A stretch of DNA of 64,000 nucleotides, taken from a candidate division WOR-3 bacterium. Its GTDB lineage: Bacteria > Hydrothermota > 32-111. The notes beneath the pieces were generated by a model. It was not told the DNA's origin. It did not search any database and saw only the letters and a list, made by a program, of their open reading frames with translations. Of the stretch, positions 43,450-54,509 are shown piece by piece. Made by a program: the position numbers and the translations under genes. The stretch is taken from contig JBDRZU010000001.1 in the NCBI GenBank assembly GCA_039804105.1, positions 1,120,001 through 1,184,000 on the forward strand. The letters are read 5' to 3'. The number at the start of each line of letters is the position of its first letter. The stretch's first letter is position 1.

Positions 43450-45210
43450 TTATACATTTTTCAAAAGATTCTCAAATTCTTCATCTATCTCTTTTTTGAT
43501 AAGATCGATAGTATCAATTTTTTCTACTGGAGTATATTTCATCCTCGCTATTCTATCTCTAACCTTCATATTTTCTATATCAACTATGTTAACCCCCTTT
43601 TGTAAATACTCCTTCCCTCTGTTATAAAAATACTGGATCACATCTATCATCTTATGTTGTTTATCGATTCTTGAATATGTATCTATTTCATGGAAAGCGT
43701 TCTGATGTAAAAAGTCCTCTCTGATCATCCTTGCTACAAGAAGAATCAGTCTATCTGAGCCACTTAGAGCATCAACTCCAACAAGTCGAACGATCTCTTC
43801 AAGTTCTGCTTCCTCTTCAAGCAATCTCATCGATTTTCCTTGAAGATCAAAATAATCTTCTGCAATATTTTTTACAATGTAATCTTTAATATTATCGATA
43901 TACAACGAATATGAATTTAACCAGGAAATTGCTGGGAAATGTCTTCTATAAGCAAGTTGTGCTTCAAGTGACCAGAAAACTTTTACAACTCTTAAAGTCG
44001 CCTGAACAACAGGATCTGAAAGATCACCACCTGGTGGTGAAACAGCTCCTATAACTGTTAAAGCACCCTCTCTTTCCTGTGTGGAAAGACATTTTACTCT
44101 TCCAGCTCTTTCATAGAATGATGCAATTTTTGCTGCAAGGTATGCAGGATAACCCTCCTCACCTGGCATCTCTTCCAACCTTCCAGATATTTCTCTCATT
44201 GCCTCTGCCCATCTTGAAGTTGAATCAGCCATTAAAGCAACAGAATAACCCATATCTCTAAAATATTCCGCGATTGTTATTCCTGTATAGACAGATGCTT
44301 CTCTTGCAGCAACTGGCATATTTGATGTATTTGCTATCAGTATGGTTCTTTTCATCAACGGCTCACCAGATTTGGGATCAACAAGTTCTGGAAATTCCAG
44401 AAGCACATCTGTCATCTCGTTTCCTCTCTCTCCACAACCAATATAAACTATAACCTCAGCATCAGCCCATTTTGCAAGTTGGTGTTGTATAACCGTCTTC
44501 CCTGATCCAAAAGGACCCGGAACACATGCTGTCCCACCTTTTGAAATCGGGAAAAACATATCAATAACTCTCTGACCTGTAAACATTGGAACCGTTGGGG
44601 AGAGTTTTTCAAGGTATGGTCTTGGTTTTCTAACAGGCCATTTTTGGATCATATTTATTTTGTATTCTTTATCCTTATTTTTCAAAACAACAACTGTATC
44701 CTCAACTTTAAACTCACCATCTTTGATTTCAACAACCTCACCTGAAAAATCTGGTGGGACCATTATATAATGTTTTATCAAACTTGTTTCCTGAACATAG
44801 CCGAGTTTATCACCTTCTGAAACTTTTTCACCTTTTTTCACAAGAGGATTGAATTTCCATTTCTTTTCTCTATCGAGTGCATTAGTTTGAACTCCTCTTG
44901 TTATAAAATCTCCTACTTTTGAATATATCTTATCCAAAGGTCTCTGTGTTCCATCATATATCGATTCTATTAGTCCCGGCCCTAATTCAACTGAAAGTGG
45001 TGCTCCAGTTGGATAAACAGGTTCTCCAACTCCTATACCTGAAGTTTCCTCGTAAACCTGAATGTATGCTGTTTCGCCATTTAGTTCGATTATCTCACCC
45101 ATTAATTTCATATCTGATACAAGCACCACATCATACATTTTTGCACCAAGCATATTATCAGCAACAACAAGTGGTCCAGCAACTTTTATTATTTTTCCTA
45201 TCTTTTCCAT
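43450..45210 (-). CDS. ntpA: V/A-type ATP synthase subunit A
   Basis: [36 protein letters not shown]. Confidence 0.97.
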   Translation of the reverse strand: MEKIGKIIKVAGPLVVADNMLGAKMYDVVLVSDMKLMGEIIELNGETAYIQVYEETSGIGVGEPVYPTGAPLSVELGPGLIESIYDGTQRPLDKIYSKVGDFITRGVQTNALDREKKWKFNPLVKKGEKVSEGDKLGYVQETSLIKHYIMVPPDFSGEVVEIKDGEFKVEDTVVVLKNKDKEYKINMIQKWPVRKPRPYLEKLSPTVPMFTGQRVIDMFFPISKGGTACVPGPFGSGKTVIQHQLAKWADAEVIVYIGCGERGNEMTDVLLEFPELVDPKSGEPLMKRTILIANTSNMPVAAREASVYTGITIAEYFRDMGYSVALMADSTSRWAEAMREISGRLEEMPGEEGYPAYLAAKIASFYERAGRVKCLSTQEREGALTVIGAVSPPGGDLSDPVVQATLRVVKVFWSLEAQLAYRRHFPAISWLNSYSLYIDNIKDYIVKNIAEDYFDLQGKSMRLLEEEAELEEIVRLVGVDALSGSDRLILLVARMIREDFLHQNAFHEIDTYSRIDKQHKMIDVIQYFYNRGKEYLQKGVNIVDIENMKVRDRIARMKYTPVEKIDTIDLIKKEIDEEFENLLKNV

Positions 45211-45220
45211 AACTACTCCA

Positions 45221-45544
45221 TTATTTTTCTTTCATTACATCAACACCAACTGCTTTTATTATCGACTTTCTCAAAAGTTCTATTGCATAATCGTTTCTTT
45301 CTTTAAGTCCTGGTAACACAACAATAGATGGTAGCGGTAGAGAAAGATATTTTTTTATCTGATTATCGAGTGATTTTGCAAGAGATTCTGTTATGAATAT
45401 TATTCCATATCCTGACTTAACGAGTTTATTCAGAATCTCACTCGCTTCTTCAGTTTTTTCAACTGGAAAAACGTCTACCCCTATCGCTTTAAATATCAGC
45501 ATAACATCGTTTTCACCTATCGCACCAATTTTTGCTTTATTCAT
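45221..45544 (-). CDS. V/A-type ATP synthase subunit F
   Basis: IGAIG....F.AIG, GIIFITE, IIKAVG; operon position. Confidence 0.9.
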   Translation of the reverse strand: MNKAKIGAIGENDVMLIFKAIGVDVFPVEKTEEASEILNKLVKSGYGIIFITESLAKSLDNQIKKYLSLPLPSIVVLPGLKERNDYAIELLRKSIIKAVGVDVMKEK

Positions 45545-46560
45545 AATTGAGGTATCCTGTTTTTTATCTTTTCTTTTGGTATGTTATTCACAACACCTGT
45601 AAAAATGATATTTAAAGATCTTGTTTCAAATCTCTTTTTTATGAAAAAGAAGAGTATCCTTTCAAGTGTTGGTAAAAACTCTTCAGATTTCGATAGAAAA
45701 TCGAGAACAAACTTCTCTTCATTTTTTTCAAAAGATGTAAAAGTTTTTTCTGAAAATACAAGAAATGCTCCCTCCATTATCATTCTGACATAATCACTCT
45801 TTTCGAGTTCATTTGCAAAATAATCAAGGTTTTCATTTTCATATTTTTCAAAAAATCCGAGTGGTAAAAATCCTTCAGGGTATATAAAATCTTTGAATCT
45901 TAACTTCAACGAAGACACTTTCACTCTATAAACATTTTTGATATTCAGCATATCAACTCTATGCCTGAAAAGTTTTAAAAGAAGATCTGAACCTGATAAA
46001 CTGATATATTTTAAAAGTTTTTCAAAAAATAACTGCTCAAGTTTCAATTCGACAAGTTTTAAGTTTTCCCTTTCAGGTTTTAATGTGTAAGCATACTCTA
46101 AAACTTCTCTAATATTCCCCTCAAGTTTTTCAAAATTACCAGTTTCATACGATTCTTTTAAACTCTCATAAGAATATGTTGAGTGCAGAAAAATTTCTTT
46201 CAAATCTTTGTTCAGAATAACAGATTTTATGATAACTTTGACATTGTGTATATCTCTGTCAAGAACAAGAAAATTTATCAGTTTTTTATCTTTATCAAGA
46301 AGATTTTTTTGAAGATAATCGATTGTTAGATGATTTTCTTTTTCAAGAACTATCGAGAAGTCCCTGTGTTTTTTTAAATCTTCAGTGTAAACTGAATAGT
46401 ATGTTTCAGAAATATTTTTTATAAATTCATCAAAAGAGTTTGACATTATCAATCTTTCAAATTGTTCTTTTGTTAAAAATTCTTTTTCTCTCTGGACGAG
46501 TTCTCCAAAGTTAAAAAGGTAATCAGTTTTTTCTTTCAGTTTAACCTCAAAAGAGTTCAA
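45541..46560 (-). CDS. ntpC: V/A-type ATP synthase subunit C (AC39)
   Basis: D.HNVKVIIK, VDMLNIK, E...L.II; operon position. Confidence 0.85.
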   Translation of the reverse strand: MNSFEVKLKEKTDYLFNFGELVQREKEFLTKEQFERLIMSNSFDEFIKNISETYYSVYTEDLKKHRDFSIVLEKENHLTIDYLQKNLLDKDKKLINFLVLDRDIHNVKVIIKSVILNKDLKEIFLHSTYSYESLKESYETGNFEKLEGNIREVLEYAYTLKPERENLKLVELKLEQLFFEKLLKYISLSGSDLLLKLFRHRVDMLNIKNVYRVKVSSLKLRFKDFIYPEGFLPLGFFEKYENENLDYFANELEKSDYVRMIMEGAFLVFSEKTFTSFEKNEEKFVLDFLSKSEEFLPTLERILFFFIKKRFETRSLNIIFTGVVNNIPKEKIKNRIPQL

Positions 46561-47138
46561 CTCTTCTCCTCTTCAAAAAGTTTCTTGTTCGTCTTCAAAT
46601 AAAGTTCATCATACAGAAAATCAAACTCATCTTCAGGAGATATTATGTATACTGTCTTGTTTGAAATTATCTTCAAACCCTTCTCAAAGTCTGGTTCAAT
46701 AGAAGATTTTTTGAGTTTTTTCGATAATTCCTTTGTAATAAATTTTTCATCTATTCGCTTCTCACTCTTCCCTATTATAAACTCTCCATCTTCTATCTTT
46801 TCTTTCTGTATGGACTTTTTCACAAATTCCTGAAAGGTTTTTTCATCAAGATTTTCAATTTCTTTTTTTAATTTTTTAAGAACATATTCAATATGCTCTT
46901 TTTTTCTTTTTAAAACTTCCTGTTTTAACAAAGATTCCTGAGTATAGAAAGAGTTTGAAAATGTTTCTTTATAAACCTGTTCTGATCTCATCTTATAATT
47001 GTCGATTATCTTTTTTGCTTTTTCTTTTGCTTCATTCAAAATTTTCTCTCTTTCCTGTTTTGCTTCAATAAGAATTTTTTCTTTTTCAGTCAAAGCATCA
47101 TCAAGAATCTTTTTGGAAAGATTATCTAACTGAACCAT
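46557..47138 (-). CDS. ntpE: V/A-type ATP synthase subunit E
   Basis: LDNL..KIL.DA coiled coil; operon position. Confidence 0.82.
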   Translation of the reverse strand: MVQLDNLSKKILDDALTEKEKILIEAKQEREKILNEAKEKAKKIIDNYKMRSEQVYKETFSNSFYTQESLLKQEVLKRKKEHIEYVLKKLKKEIENLDEKTFQEFVKKSIQKEKIEDGEFIIGKSEKRIDEKFITKELSKKLKKSSIEPDFEKGLKIISNKTVYIISPEDEFDFLYDELYLKTNKKLFEEEKS

Positions 47139-47146
47139 ATTTCCTC

Positions 47147-47689
47147 TTATAGTTTAACTGCGTTTATCAAGAAGAATGATACGAGAAGGCCCAAAACTGC
47201 ATAGGTTTCAATCAAAGCAGCGTTGATAACACCTTTCATAGATTGATCAGCTCTTTTCGAAACAAGTGCAACACCAGCAGCACATGTCTTTCCCTGATAT
47301 ATTGCTGAGATCAAGCCAGCAACTGCAACCGGGAGTGCTGCGATAAAGAGTGCAAGTCCCTGATTGAAAGTCGAAACCATTGTAAGTTTACCAAGAATCA
47401 AAAACGCTCCAACGAATCCATAAAATCCCTGTGTTCCAGGAAGCGCTACAAGCAAAAACAATGCACCAAACTTTTCAGGTGATTCTGAAAGAACACCATC
47501 TGCTGCTTTTGCTGGATAACTTATACCAAAAACTGATCCGATTCCTGCAAGTAATGCTGCAATCGCTGCACCAAGTAAAGCAAAAATGAATCCCCATGGG
47601 GAAGATTTTACAACTTCGGTTGTTGTGTTAACAACATTCGTTGTATCAACCTGAGTAAAAACTGTTTGAAGTAAAATAAGATTATCCAT
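47147..47689 (-). CDS. ntpK: V/A-type ATP synthase subunit K (4-TM proteolipid)
   Basis: GIGS..G, PEKFG, LPGTQGFYGF, SAIYQG, ETYAVLG. Confidence 0.93.
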   Translation of the reverse strand: MDNLILLQTVFTQVDTTNVVNTTTEVVKSSPWGFIFALLGAAIAALLAGIGSVFGISYPAKAADGVLSESPEKFGALFLLVALPGTQGFYGFVGAFLILGKLTMVSTFNQGLALFIAALPVAVAGLISAIYQGKTCAAGVALVSKRADQSMKGVINAALIETYAVLGLLVSFFLINAVKL

Positions 47690-47698
47690 TATTCCTCC

Positions 47699-49693
47699 TT
47701 AATCTTCGATTATAGTTATATATTTGTATTCCTCTTTAAACTCTCTGAAAGGAACTCCACCACCTGAATAGAACTTGTTGAAAAATTCAACAAAATGTAA
47801 TCTCAGTGTATGGACAAAACCTCCAAGAAGGTTGATCGCAAGATTGAAAAGATGTCCAAAAAGCAGAACCGTTATTGTTAAAATTGGTCCAAGAACTTTT
47901 ACTCCGGACATTGAAAATGCTATCTTATTTATCGCAACACCGATACCTGCACTTGTAAGTCCTAAAGCCATCAATCTTATGTAAGACAAAATATCTCCAA
48001 CATAGGATGAAAGCCCTCCAACAATTGTTGCATTTAAAATCCCCATAAAAATTCTCATAAACCAACTCTTTTCATTCCTGTTCGAAAAGATCACTATAAT
48101 TATCGCTGAAATAAGAGTAATAAATCCAAGTATTTTCACAATAAACATTGGAACAAGTGGTTTTGTAACAATATTCATACTTACAGCCATTTCTGTTCCA
48201 AGAAACATTAAAACAACAGAACCAATGTATGTTATCCAGACAAAACCATCAAAAAATGCTGTTTGATAATCCCTTCTAAAAAGGTTATCAAAAAATTTTA
48301 TAGCAAGACCAAAAAGAACATGTATAACTCCAAGTAGAAGTGATAATCTAAAAAAGTTCATCGCACCTTCAAAAGTGTTCACGGGATCACCGAGAAGTGC
48401 AACTTTTGAAGAGTATTTCCCAAGATTAATATAGTTAGGCAGATCTCCAAACCAGCCGGAGAACAATGCACCCATAATCAAAGTCCAGAACCCCCCATAA
48501 AACATAAGTTGTATCAAACCACCTCTTGTCTTTGGGATTTTTATCAAAAGGATCAGAGTTATGATCATCAAAATTAAACCGTACACAGCATCAGTAATAC
48601 ATAGTCCAAAAAATAATCCAAAGAAAACTCCGATGAATGGTGTTGGATCTATTTCATAGTATCGTGGAACACCAAACATTGAGGTAACAATTTCAAATGG
48701 TTTTATTGGTTTTCTGTTTTCAAGAATTATTGGTGGTTCCTCTCCCTCTTCTGGTTCAATTTCAAAAATCTCAATATATTGAAGGTTTTCTTTTAACTTT
48801 TTAACTTTTTCAAAATCTTCCTGTTTTATCCAGAGCGTATAGAAAGAAGTTTTGTCAGTTTTGAAACTATCAAAGAATATATCGTAAAGTTTTTCCTGTT
48901 CCAATGAATATTCCAGATAAACAGTTATATCTTTTTCATATTTTTCCATTAAAATTTTTATTTTTTCAGAAAGTTTTTTCTGATCTTCTTCAAGATGATG
49001 TATCTGATCTCTTTTTAGAAGTATATTTTCTTCTATCGTTCCTGTCAGATTTTCAAAAATTGCATTTTCAAATGCTGACTTCAAAAGGATTTCTTCAACA
49101 GAATCTTTTTCTGCGTTCAAATAACCAACTATATAGTATGCAAAATCGTTATCAGAATATATCTCTTCGATTGAAACATTTTTTCCTTCAAAACTTTTTT
49201 GAAAATCTTCTTTTTTTATATTTTTAAGATTTATCTTTCCAAGAAGAAATGTATAGTTATCAAAAACTCGTATATCCTCAAGTTTCCCCGAATAAACATT
49301 CCAGACCGCAAGATGGTTTATCTCACTTTTTAGATTTTTTATTTTTGAGTTTATATCCTCTATTTTTGAGTCGGTATCCACTATATCTTTTGCTACATTC
49401 AGGATATTATCGTTTTTCGAAATCTGAATGTATTCACTTCTTTTTACGACAATTTTTCCCTGTTTTACTAAATATTTAAAAATCCCTCTATATTTGTTGA
49501 TAACATCCAAACTCGTTTCAAGGATTTTAACATCATCATTGTATTTTTTTACTTTTACACTTAAATCTTTATCAAAATATTGATTAAATGGACGAACCTC
49601 TACAAAAAAATTTGTTTTCAGTTTTTCCAAAACATCCTTTTCACTATCTTTATGGGTGACAAGGAGTAATTTTTTTAGTTTTGCAACAGCCAT
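47699..49693 (-). CDS. ntpI: V/A-type ATP synthase subunit I
   Basis: PPI.L.N, P.Y.EIDPT, D..YG, LSYIRLMALGL, HTLRLHFVEFF.KFY.GGG. Confidence 0.95.
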   Translation of the reverse strand: MAVAKLKKLLLVTHKDSEKDVLEKLKTNFFVEVRPFNQYFDKDLSVKVKKYNDDVKILETSLDVINKYRGIFKYLVKQGKIVVKRSEYIQISKNDNILNVAKDIVDTDSKIEDINSKIKNLKSEINHLAVWNVYSGKLEDIRVFDNYTFLLGKINLKNIKKEDFQKSFEGKNVSIEEIYSDNDFAYYIVGYLNAEKDSVEEILLKSAFENAIFENLTGTIEENILLKRDQIHHLEEDQKKLSEKIKILMEKYEKDITVYLEYSLEQEKLYDIFFDSFKTDKTSFYTLWIKQEDFEKVKKLKENLQYIEIFEIEPEEGEEPPIILENRKPIKPFEIVTSMFGVPRYYEIDPTPFIGVFFGLFFGLCITDAVYGLILMIITLILLIKIPKTRGGLIQLMFYGGFWTLIMGALFSGWFGDLPNYINLGKYSSKVALLGDPVNTFEGAMNFFRLSLLLGVIHVLFGLAIKFFDNLFRRDYQTAFFDGFVWITYIGSVVLMFLGTEMAVSMNIVTKPLVPMFIVKILGFITLISAIIIVIFSNRNEKSWFMRIFMGILNATIVGGLSSYVGDILSYIRLMALGLTSAGIGVAINKIAFSMSGVKVLGPILTITVLLFGHLFNLAINLLGGFVHTLRLHFVEFFNKFYSGGGVPFREFKEEYKYITIIED

Positions 49694-50004
49694 CAGTTCA
49701 AAAACTCCTTAACAAGTTCTTTTAACACTTTTTCTTTTTTTGCTTCTGCTTTTTTGTCTATATCTTTGATCATTTTTTCATAATCTTTCTTTATTTCTTC
49801 GATTTTTGTTTTTGAATCATTAAAAGCATCCTCTTTTGCTTTTTCAATAATCTTTTGCCCTTCTTTTTCTGCATCGATCAAGATCTTTTTTGCCTCAACC
49901 TCACTTTTGGAAATTATTTCTGTCTTCTCTTTCAAAGCGAGATTTATTATCTCTTTTGCCTTTTCTTCCGATTCTTTTATCGATTTAATGATGGACTCAA
50001 CCAC
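49693..50004 (-). CDS. V/A-type ATP synthase subunit G/H (peripheral stalk)
   Basis: AAGGAG SD before GTG at 50004; IK.SEEKA.EII..A coiled coil; first gene of the operon. Confidence 0.75.
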   Translation of the reverse strand: MVESIIKSIKESEEKAKEIINLALKEKTEIISKSEVEAKKILIDAEKEGQKIIEKAKEDAFNDSKTKIEEIKKDYEKMIKDIDKKAEAKKEKVLKELVKEFLN

Positions 50005-50136
50005 AAAAAACTCCTTTTTAAAAATAAAAATTATACCTGATAAGAATTTATTGTCAAGTTTATAACCTGATTGACAATTTTTCAAATCAAAAAAGAGTTT
50101 TATTGAAAAATTTTTTAAGAGTGTTAAAATTTTAAT

Positions 50137-51021
50137 ATGAAAAAATATCTTGTTATCATCAATCCACAGGCAGGGAAGGGAAGAGGACTAAAGATTTTAA
50201 AACAGGTCGAAAAGGTTTTAAAAGAACTTGAAATTAACTTCATCATAAAATATACAAAAGAAAAATTTGATGCTGAAAAAAATCTAAAGAAATGGGTTTC
50301 CGAAGATATTACAGACCTTGTTGTTATAGGTGGTGATGGAACTTTAAATGAGATAGTAAACGGAATGTTTCCTTTAAACTATCCTGTAAGATTTATAAGC
50401 ACTGGAACAGGTAATGATTTTATCAAATCGATTAATCTTGTAACTTTAAAAGAACTTTTTACTACAGAAAAATTTTCACACTTAAACCTATTTTCAATAA
50501 ACGATAAAATTGGTGTAAACGCAATCGGAATCGGTTTTGACGGTGAAGTTATTGAGGATATGGATAAAAAGAATCTAAAACTAAAAGGACTTTTCGCCTA
50601 TATGGTTTTCGTCCTTTTAAAACTCTTCACATATAAACCTCCAAAAGTAAAGATAAGTATTGATAAAGGAAAGGAAGTTTTAAAAGATAAATTTTATATA
50701 ACATGTATAAGTAATGGAAAAGCAGTTGGAGGAGGATTCTTTTTAACACCTGACGCAAAACCTGATGATGATAAACTTGATATATGTCTTATAAAACATG
50801 TTCCATTTTATTTGAAACCTTATTATCTTTTAAAAGTTCTTTTAAAAAAACATAAAGATGATAAACATGTAATTATGAAAAGAATCGAGGAAATAATTAT
50901 TGAAACAAAAAATGAATTAAAAGGTCAAATAGATGGACAATTTATTAAAAGTAAAAAATTTTATATAAGAATATTAAAAGAAAAACTGAGATTGGTAGCA
51001 CACCACCCTGAGATCAAATAA
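50137..51021 (+). CDS. Diacylglycerol kinase family (YegS/DagK) lipid kinase
   Basis: INPQAG.G, GGDGTLNE, GTGNDF, GIGFDG, NG...GGGF...P.A..DD. Confidence 0.9.
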   Translation: MKKYLVIINPQAGKGRGLKILKQVEKVLKELEINFIIKYTKEKFDAEKNLKKWVSEDITDLVVIGGDGTLNEIVNGMFPLNYPVRFISTGTGNDFIKSINLVTLKELFTTEKFSHLNLFSINDKIGVNAIGIGFDGEVIEDMDKKNLKLKGLFAYMVFVLLKLFTYKPPKVKISIDKGKEVLKDKFYITCISNGKAVGGGFFLTPDAKPDDDKLDICLIKHVPFYLKPYYLLKVLLKKHKDDKHVIMKRIEEIIIETKNELKGQIDGQFIKSKKFYIRILKEKLRLVAHHPEIK

Positions 51022-51022
51022 C

Positions 51023-51075
51023 TTGACTTTTTTAAAAAATAAATTATAATTATTCAAAAATTGTAATTGTTTTAA
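51023..51075 (+). promoter_or_regulatory. sigma70 promoter overlapped and followed by two Per/Fur-box-like sites
   Basis: TTGACT-16-TATAAT; TTATAATTATTCAAA (51044-58) and TTGTAATTGTTTTAA (51061-75) compared with the Per box TTATAATNATTATAA. Confidence 0.55.
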
Positions 51076-51084
51076 ATTTGTAAT

Positions 51085-51723
51085 ATGAACAACAAAAATG
51101 AACTTATTAACATTTATAAAAAAATCAAAAATGATATTTTAAAAAGATTGGAGGAGTTTAAATTTAATGGAAAGAATATGTCAGATCAGGAACTTTTGTA
51201 TGAAATGTTTTTCTGTTTGTTGACACCTCAATCAAAGGCAACACTCTGTTGGGAATCTGTTGAAAATATTAAAAATAAAGGAAACAAGATTTTAAAAGAT
51301 CCTAACAAAATAAAAAATTGTCTTTATGGTGTCAGATTTCCAAACAATAAATCTTCATACATTCATAAATTTTATAATGAAAACTTTTTAAAAGATAATT
51401 TTTTTGAAAAATTAAAAAGTATCGAGTCAAATTTCGAAAAAAGAGAATTTTTAGTAAAAAATGTAAAAGGTATCGGATACAAAGAGGCAACACATTTTTT
51501 GAGGAATATTGGTTATGGAGAAGATCTTGCGATTCTTGATAGACATATATTGAAAAATTTAAAATCTTATTCTATAATTAAACAGATACCTTCTTCAATC
51601 TCTAAAAAAAGGTATCTTGAAATTGAGGAAAATATGAGAAACTTCTCGAAAAAGTTAAAAATTCCACTTGAACATCTTGATTTTGTGTTATGGTATAAGG
51701 AAAGAGGATTTATTTTCAAATGA
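51085..51723 (+). CDS. ogg: 8-oxoguanine DNA glycosylase/AP lyase (archaeal/Thermotoga OGG2 type)
   Basis: E..FCLLTPQS.A, VRF.N.K, RE.LVKNVKGIGYKEA.HFLRNIG, AILDRHIL, LD..LW. Confidence 0.9.
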   Translation: MNNKNELINIYKKIKNDILKRLEEFKFNGKNMSDQELLYEMFFCLLTPQSKATLCWESVENIKNKGNKILKDPNKIKNCLYGVRFPNNKSSYIHKFYNENFLKDNFFEKLKSIESNFEKREFLVKNVKGIGYKEATHFLRNIGYGEDLAILDRHILKNLKSYSIIKQIPSSISKKRYLEIEENMRNFSKKLKIPLEHLDFVLWYKERGFIFK

Positions 51724-52136
51724 ATATAAAAAGAATTGATTATGATCAGATATTAAAAATACTTGAAGAAAAAGGAATATCTCCCTCTTTTCAAAGAATA
51801 AAAATTCTTGAATATCTTATTATAAACAGAACTCATCCATCAGTTGATGAAATTTTTAAAGATCTTGCACCTGAAATCCTTACTCTCTCTAAAACAACTG
51901 TTTATAATACACTAAAACTTTTTGCTGAAAAAGGTATTGTAAAAGTTTTGGGAATCGAAAAAGATTTTGCAAGATATGATATTGATATTTCTCCTCACTC
52001 ACATTTTAAATGTATCAAATGCGAAAAAATTTATGATATAAGAATAAACGACAATAAGGATTTGAAAATAGAAGATGGGTTTGAAAAACTTTATAGTGAA
52101 AACTATATTTATGGAATATGTAAAAATTGTAAATAG
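51720..52136 (+). CDS. Fur-family regulator (PerR-like)
   Basis: [21 protein letters not shown]...H.HF.C..C..I.D, C-terminal C..C. Confidence 0.9.
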   Translation: MNIKRIDYDQILKILEEKGISPSFQRIKILEYLIINRTHPSVDEIFKDLAPEILTLSKTTVYNTLKLFAEKGIVKVLGIEKDFARYDIDISPHSHFKCIKCEKIYDIRINDNKDLKIEDGFEKLYSENYIYGICKNCK

Positions 52137-52144
52137 GAGGAAGA

Positions 52145-52846
52145 TTGGATACAAAAGCGCTTTTTAAACTTTCTTATGGAGTTTACCTTGTGTGTTCTTC
52201 TGATGGGGAAAAAGTTAATGGTCAAATTGCAAACACAATTTTTCAGATAACTTCAGAACCGATAACAGTTGCTGTGAGTATAAACAAAAATAACTATACA
52301 CATCAAATAATTGAAAAAGGAAAAAATTTTTCTGTATCAATACTTTCAGAACAAACACCTTTACAGTTTATCGGAAATTTTGGTTTTAAAACAGGAAGAG
52401 AGATAAATAAATTTGAAAATATAAAATATGAAACTGGAACAACAGGAGCACCAATAGTTAAAGATTTTTCAGTTGCGATACTTGAATTTAAGGTTGTTAA
52501 CAAATTTGATGTGAACACACATACACTTTTTATCGGTGAACTCGTTGATGCCTATATCATCGATAATAACCAGCAACCAATGACTTACGCTTTTTACCAT
52601 GAAGTTAAAAAAGGTAAAACCCAGAAGAATGCCCCTACTTATATTGAAGAGAAAAAGGAAAATCCTGAAAAAAAGGAGGAGAAGATGCAAAAGTATAAAT
52701 GTGAGGTTTGTGGTTATGTATATGATCCTGCTGCTGGTGATCCTGACAACGGAATAAAACCCGGTACACCTTTTGAACAACTTCCTGATGACTGGGTGTG
52801 TCCTGTTTGTGGTGCTTCAAAATCAGAGTTTATAAAGGAGAGTTGA
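52145..52846 (+). CDS. hrb: High-molecular-weight rubredoxin (flavin reductase + rubredoxin)
   Basis: LSYGVY, QITSEP, THTLFIG, PMTY.FYH.VKKG...KNAPTY; C-terminal [12 protein letters not shown]...WVCPVCG. Confidence 0.88.
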   Translation: MDTKALFKLSYGVYLVCSSDGEKVNGQIANTIFQITSEPITVAVSINKNNYTHQIIEKGKNFSVSILSEQTPLQFIGNFGFKTGREINKFENIKYETGTTGAPIVKDFSVAILEFKVVNKFDVNTHTLFIGELVDAYIIDNNQQPMTYAFYHEVKKGKTQKNAPTYIEEKKENPEKKEEKMQKYKCEVCGYVYDPAAGDPDNGIKPGTPFEQLPDDWVCPVCGASKSEFIKES

Positions 52847-54009
52847 TGAAAAGTTTTAGGATTGATGAGAACATTTTTTGGGTTGGTGGAATAGATTGGT
52901 CTTTAAGAGATTTTCATGGGTATACAACAGAAAGAGGTTCAACTTATAACTCTTATCTGATCATAGATGATAAAATCACACTCATTGATACTGTAAAACA
53001 TTATCTTTTTGATGAGTTTTTATCAAGGATAAAAAATGTTATAGATCCATCAAAAATCGATTACATAATTATAAACCATGTTGAGATGGACCATTCTGGG
53101 TGTTTACCAAAAATTTTACAGTATGCGAAAAATGCTCAGATAATAACAAATCCACAGGGAGAGAAAGGATTAAAATTACATTATGGAAAAGATCTAAATG
53201 TTAAAATAGTAAAAACTGGTGACAAACTAAATATTGGTAAAGAAAATCTTGTTTTCGTTCAAACACCGATGGTTCATTGGCCTGACAATATGGTAACATA
53301 CCTTGAAAACAAAAAGATTCTCTTTTCAAACGATGCTTTTGGTCAACATTATGCTTCATTTTTTAGATTCGATTATGAAAATCCACTCGATGAGATATTG
53401 TATCAAGCAAAAAAATATTATGCTAATATAGTTTTACCATATTCACAACAGGTTCAAACAGCGTTAAATCAATTGAAAGATCTTGAAATAAAAATTATTG
53501 CTCCAAGTCATGGAATCATCTGGAAAGAAAACATATCAAACATTTTGAAAGAGTATCAGACATGGTCAACAAATCCTTTGAAAAAAAAGGTTGTTCTTGT
53601 TTATGATACGATGTGGGGTTCAACTGAAACAATGGCTAAAAAATATTATGAGTTCTTTGAAAATGAGGGTTTTGAGGCCTTACTTCTTTCATTAAAAACA
53701 AACCATATATCCGATATAATGACAGAGGTTCTCGATTCATCGATAATAGGAATTGGAACACCGACTCTAAACAGACAACCATTACCTTCAATTGCAGGAT
53801 TTTTGACATACCTTCTTGGACTCAGTCCGAAAAATAAAAAATTCTTTGTTTTCGGTTCTTACGGCTGGGGTGGTGAAGGCACAAAGATAATAAAAGAGTA
53901 TCTTGAAAAATTTTCGCATCAGGTCGTTTTAGAAGAAAAAATCCAATATATCCCAGACCAGGAAAAAATTGAAAATTTAAAAAACAATATAAAAAGGAGT
54001 ATAGTATGA
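52846..54009 (+). CDS. fprA: Flavodiiron protein (FprA, A-type flavoprotein)
   Basis: GSTYNSY, NHVEMDHSG, PMVHWPD, SNDAFGQH, APSHG, YDTMWGST, FGSYGW.G. Confidence 0.95.
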   Translation: MKSFRIDENIFWVGGIDWSLRDFHGYTTERGSTYNSYLIIDDKITLIDTVKHYLFDEFLSRIKNVIDPSKIDYIIINHVEMDHSGCLPKILQYAKNAQIITNPQGEKGLKLHYGKDLNVKIVKTGDKLNIGKENLVFVQTPMVHWPDNMVTYLENKKILFSNDAFGQHYASFFRFDYENPLDEILYQAKKYYANIVLPYSQQVQTALNQLKDLEIKIIAPSHGIIWKENISNILKEYQTWSTNPLKKKVVLVYDTMWGSTETMAKKYYEFFENEGFEALLLSLKTNHISDIMTEVLDSSIIGIGTPTLNRQPLPSIAGFLTYLLGLSPKNKKFFVFGSYGWGGEGTKIIKEYLEKFSHQVVLEEKIQYIPDQEKIENLKNNIKRSIV

Positions 54010-54494
54010 TAAGTGAAAAAATGGTAAAAGAGATCAACGATCAGATTCAGAGAGAACTTTTCTCTGAATACCTTTACCTTCAGATGGCTGCATATTTTAA
54101 AGGGGAGAATCTTGATGGTTTTGCACATTGGATGGAAGTTCAGGCAAAAGAAGAGCATGGTCATGCGATGAAGTTTTTCAACCATCTATACGAAAGAAAC
54201 GCAAAAGTTATCCTTCAACCAATTCAGCAACCAAAAAACGATTTCAAATCTCCACTCGATGTTTTCAAATATGGTTACGAACATGAATTAACAGTTACAA
54301 AAAATATACATAACCTGATGGAACTTGCAAAGAAAGAGAACGATTACGCTTCTGAATCGTTTTTAAAATGGTATGTTGATGAACAGGTAGAAGAAGAGGA
54401 TTCGTTTTTAAAGATAGTAACAATTCTTGAAAAGATAAAGGATTCAGCAAATGCACTTTACATGCTTGATCATGAACTTGGAAAAAGAGAATAA
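54006..54494 (+). CDS. ftnA: Non-heme ferritin
   Basis: NDQI.REL.S.YLY, QA.EE..HAMK, HE..VT..I, FL.W.V.EQVEEE. Confidence 0.93.
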   Translation: MISEKMVKEINDQIQRELFSEYLYLQMAAYFKGENLDGFAHWMEVQAKEEHGHAMKFFNHLYERNAKVILQPIQQPKNDFKSPLDVFKYGYEHELTVTKNIHNLMELAKKENDYASESFLKWYVDEQVEEEDSFLKIVTILEKIKDSANALYMLDHELGKRE

Positions 54495-54509
54495 AATAGG
54501 GGGTTTATT

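Noticed and set aside
41483..50040. Numerous plus-strand short ORFs opposite the V-ATPase genes (and similar ones opposite hsdR/hsdM)
   Set aside because: Antisense shadows of well-supported genes.
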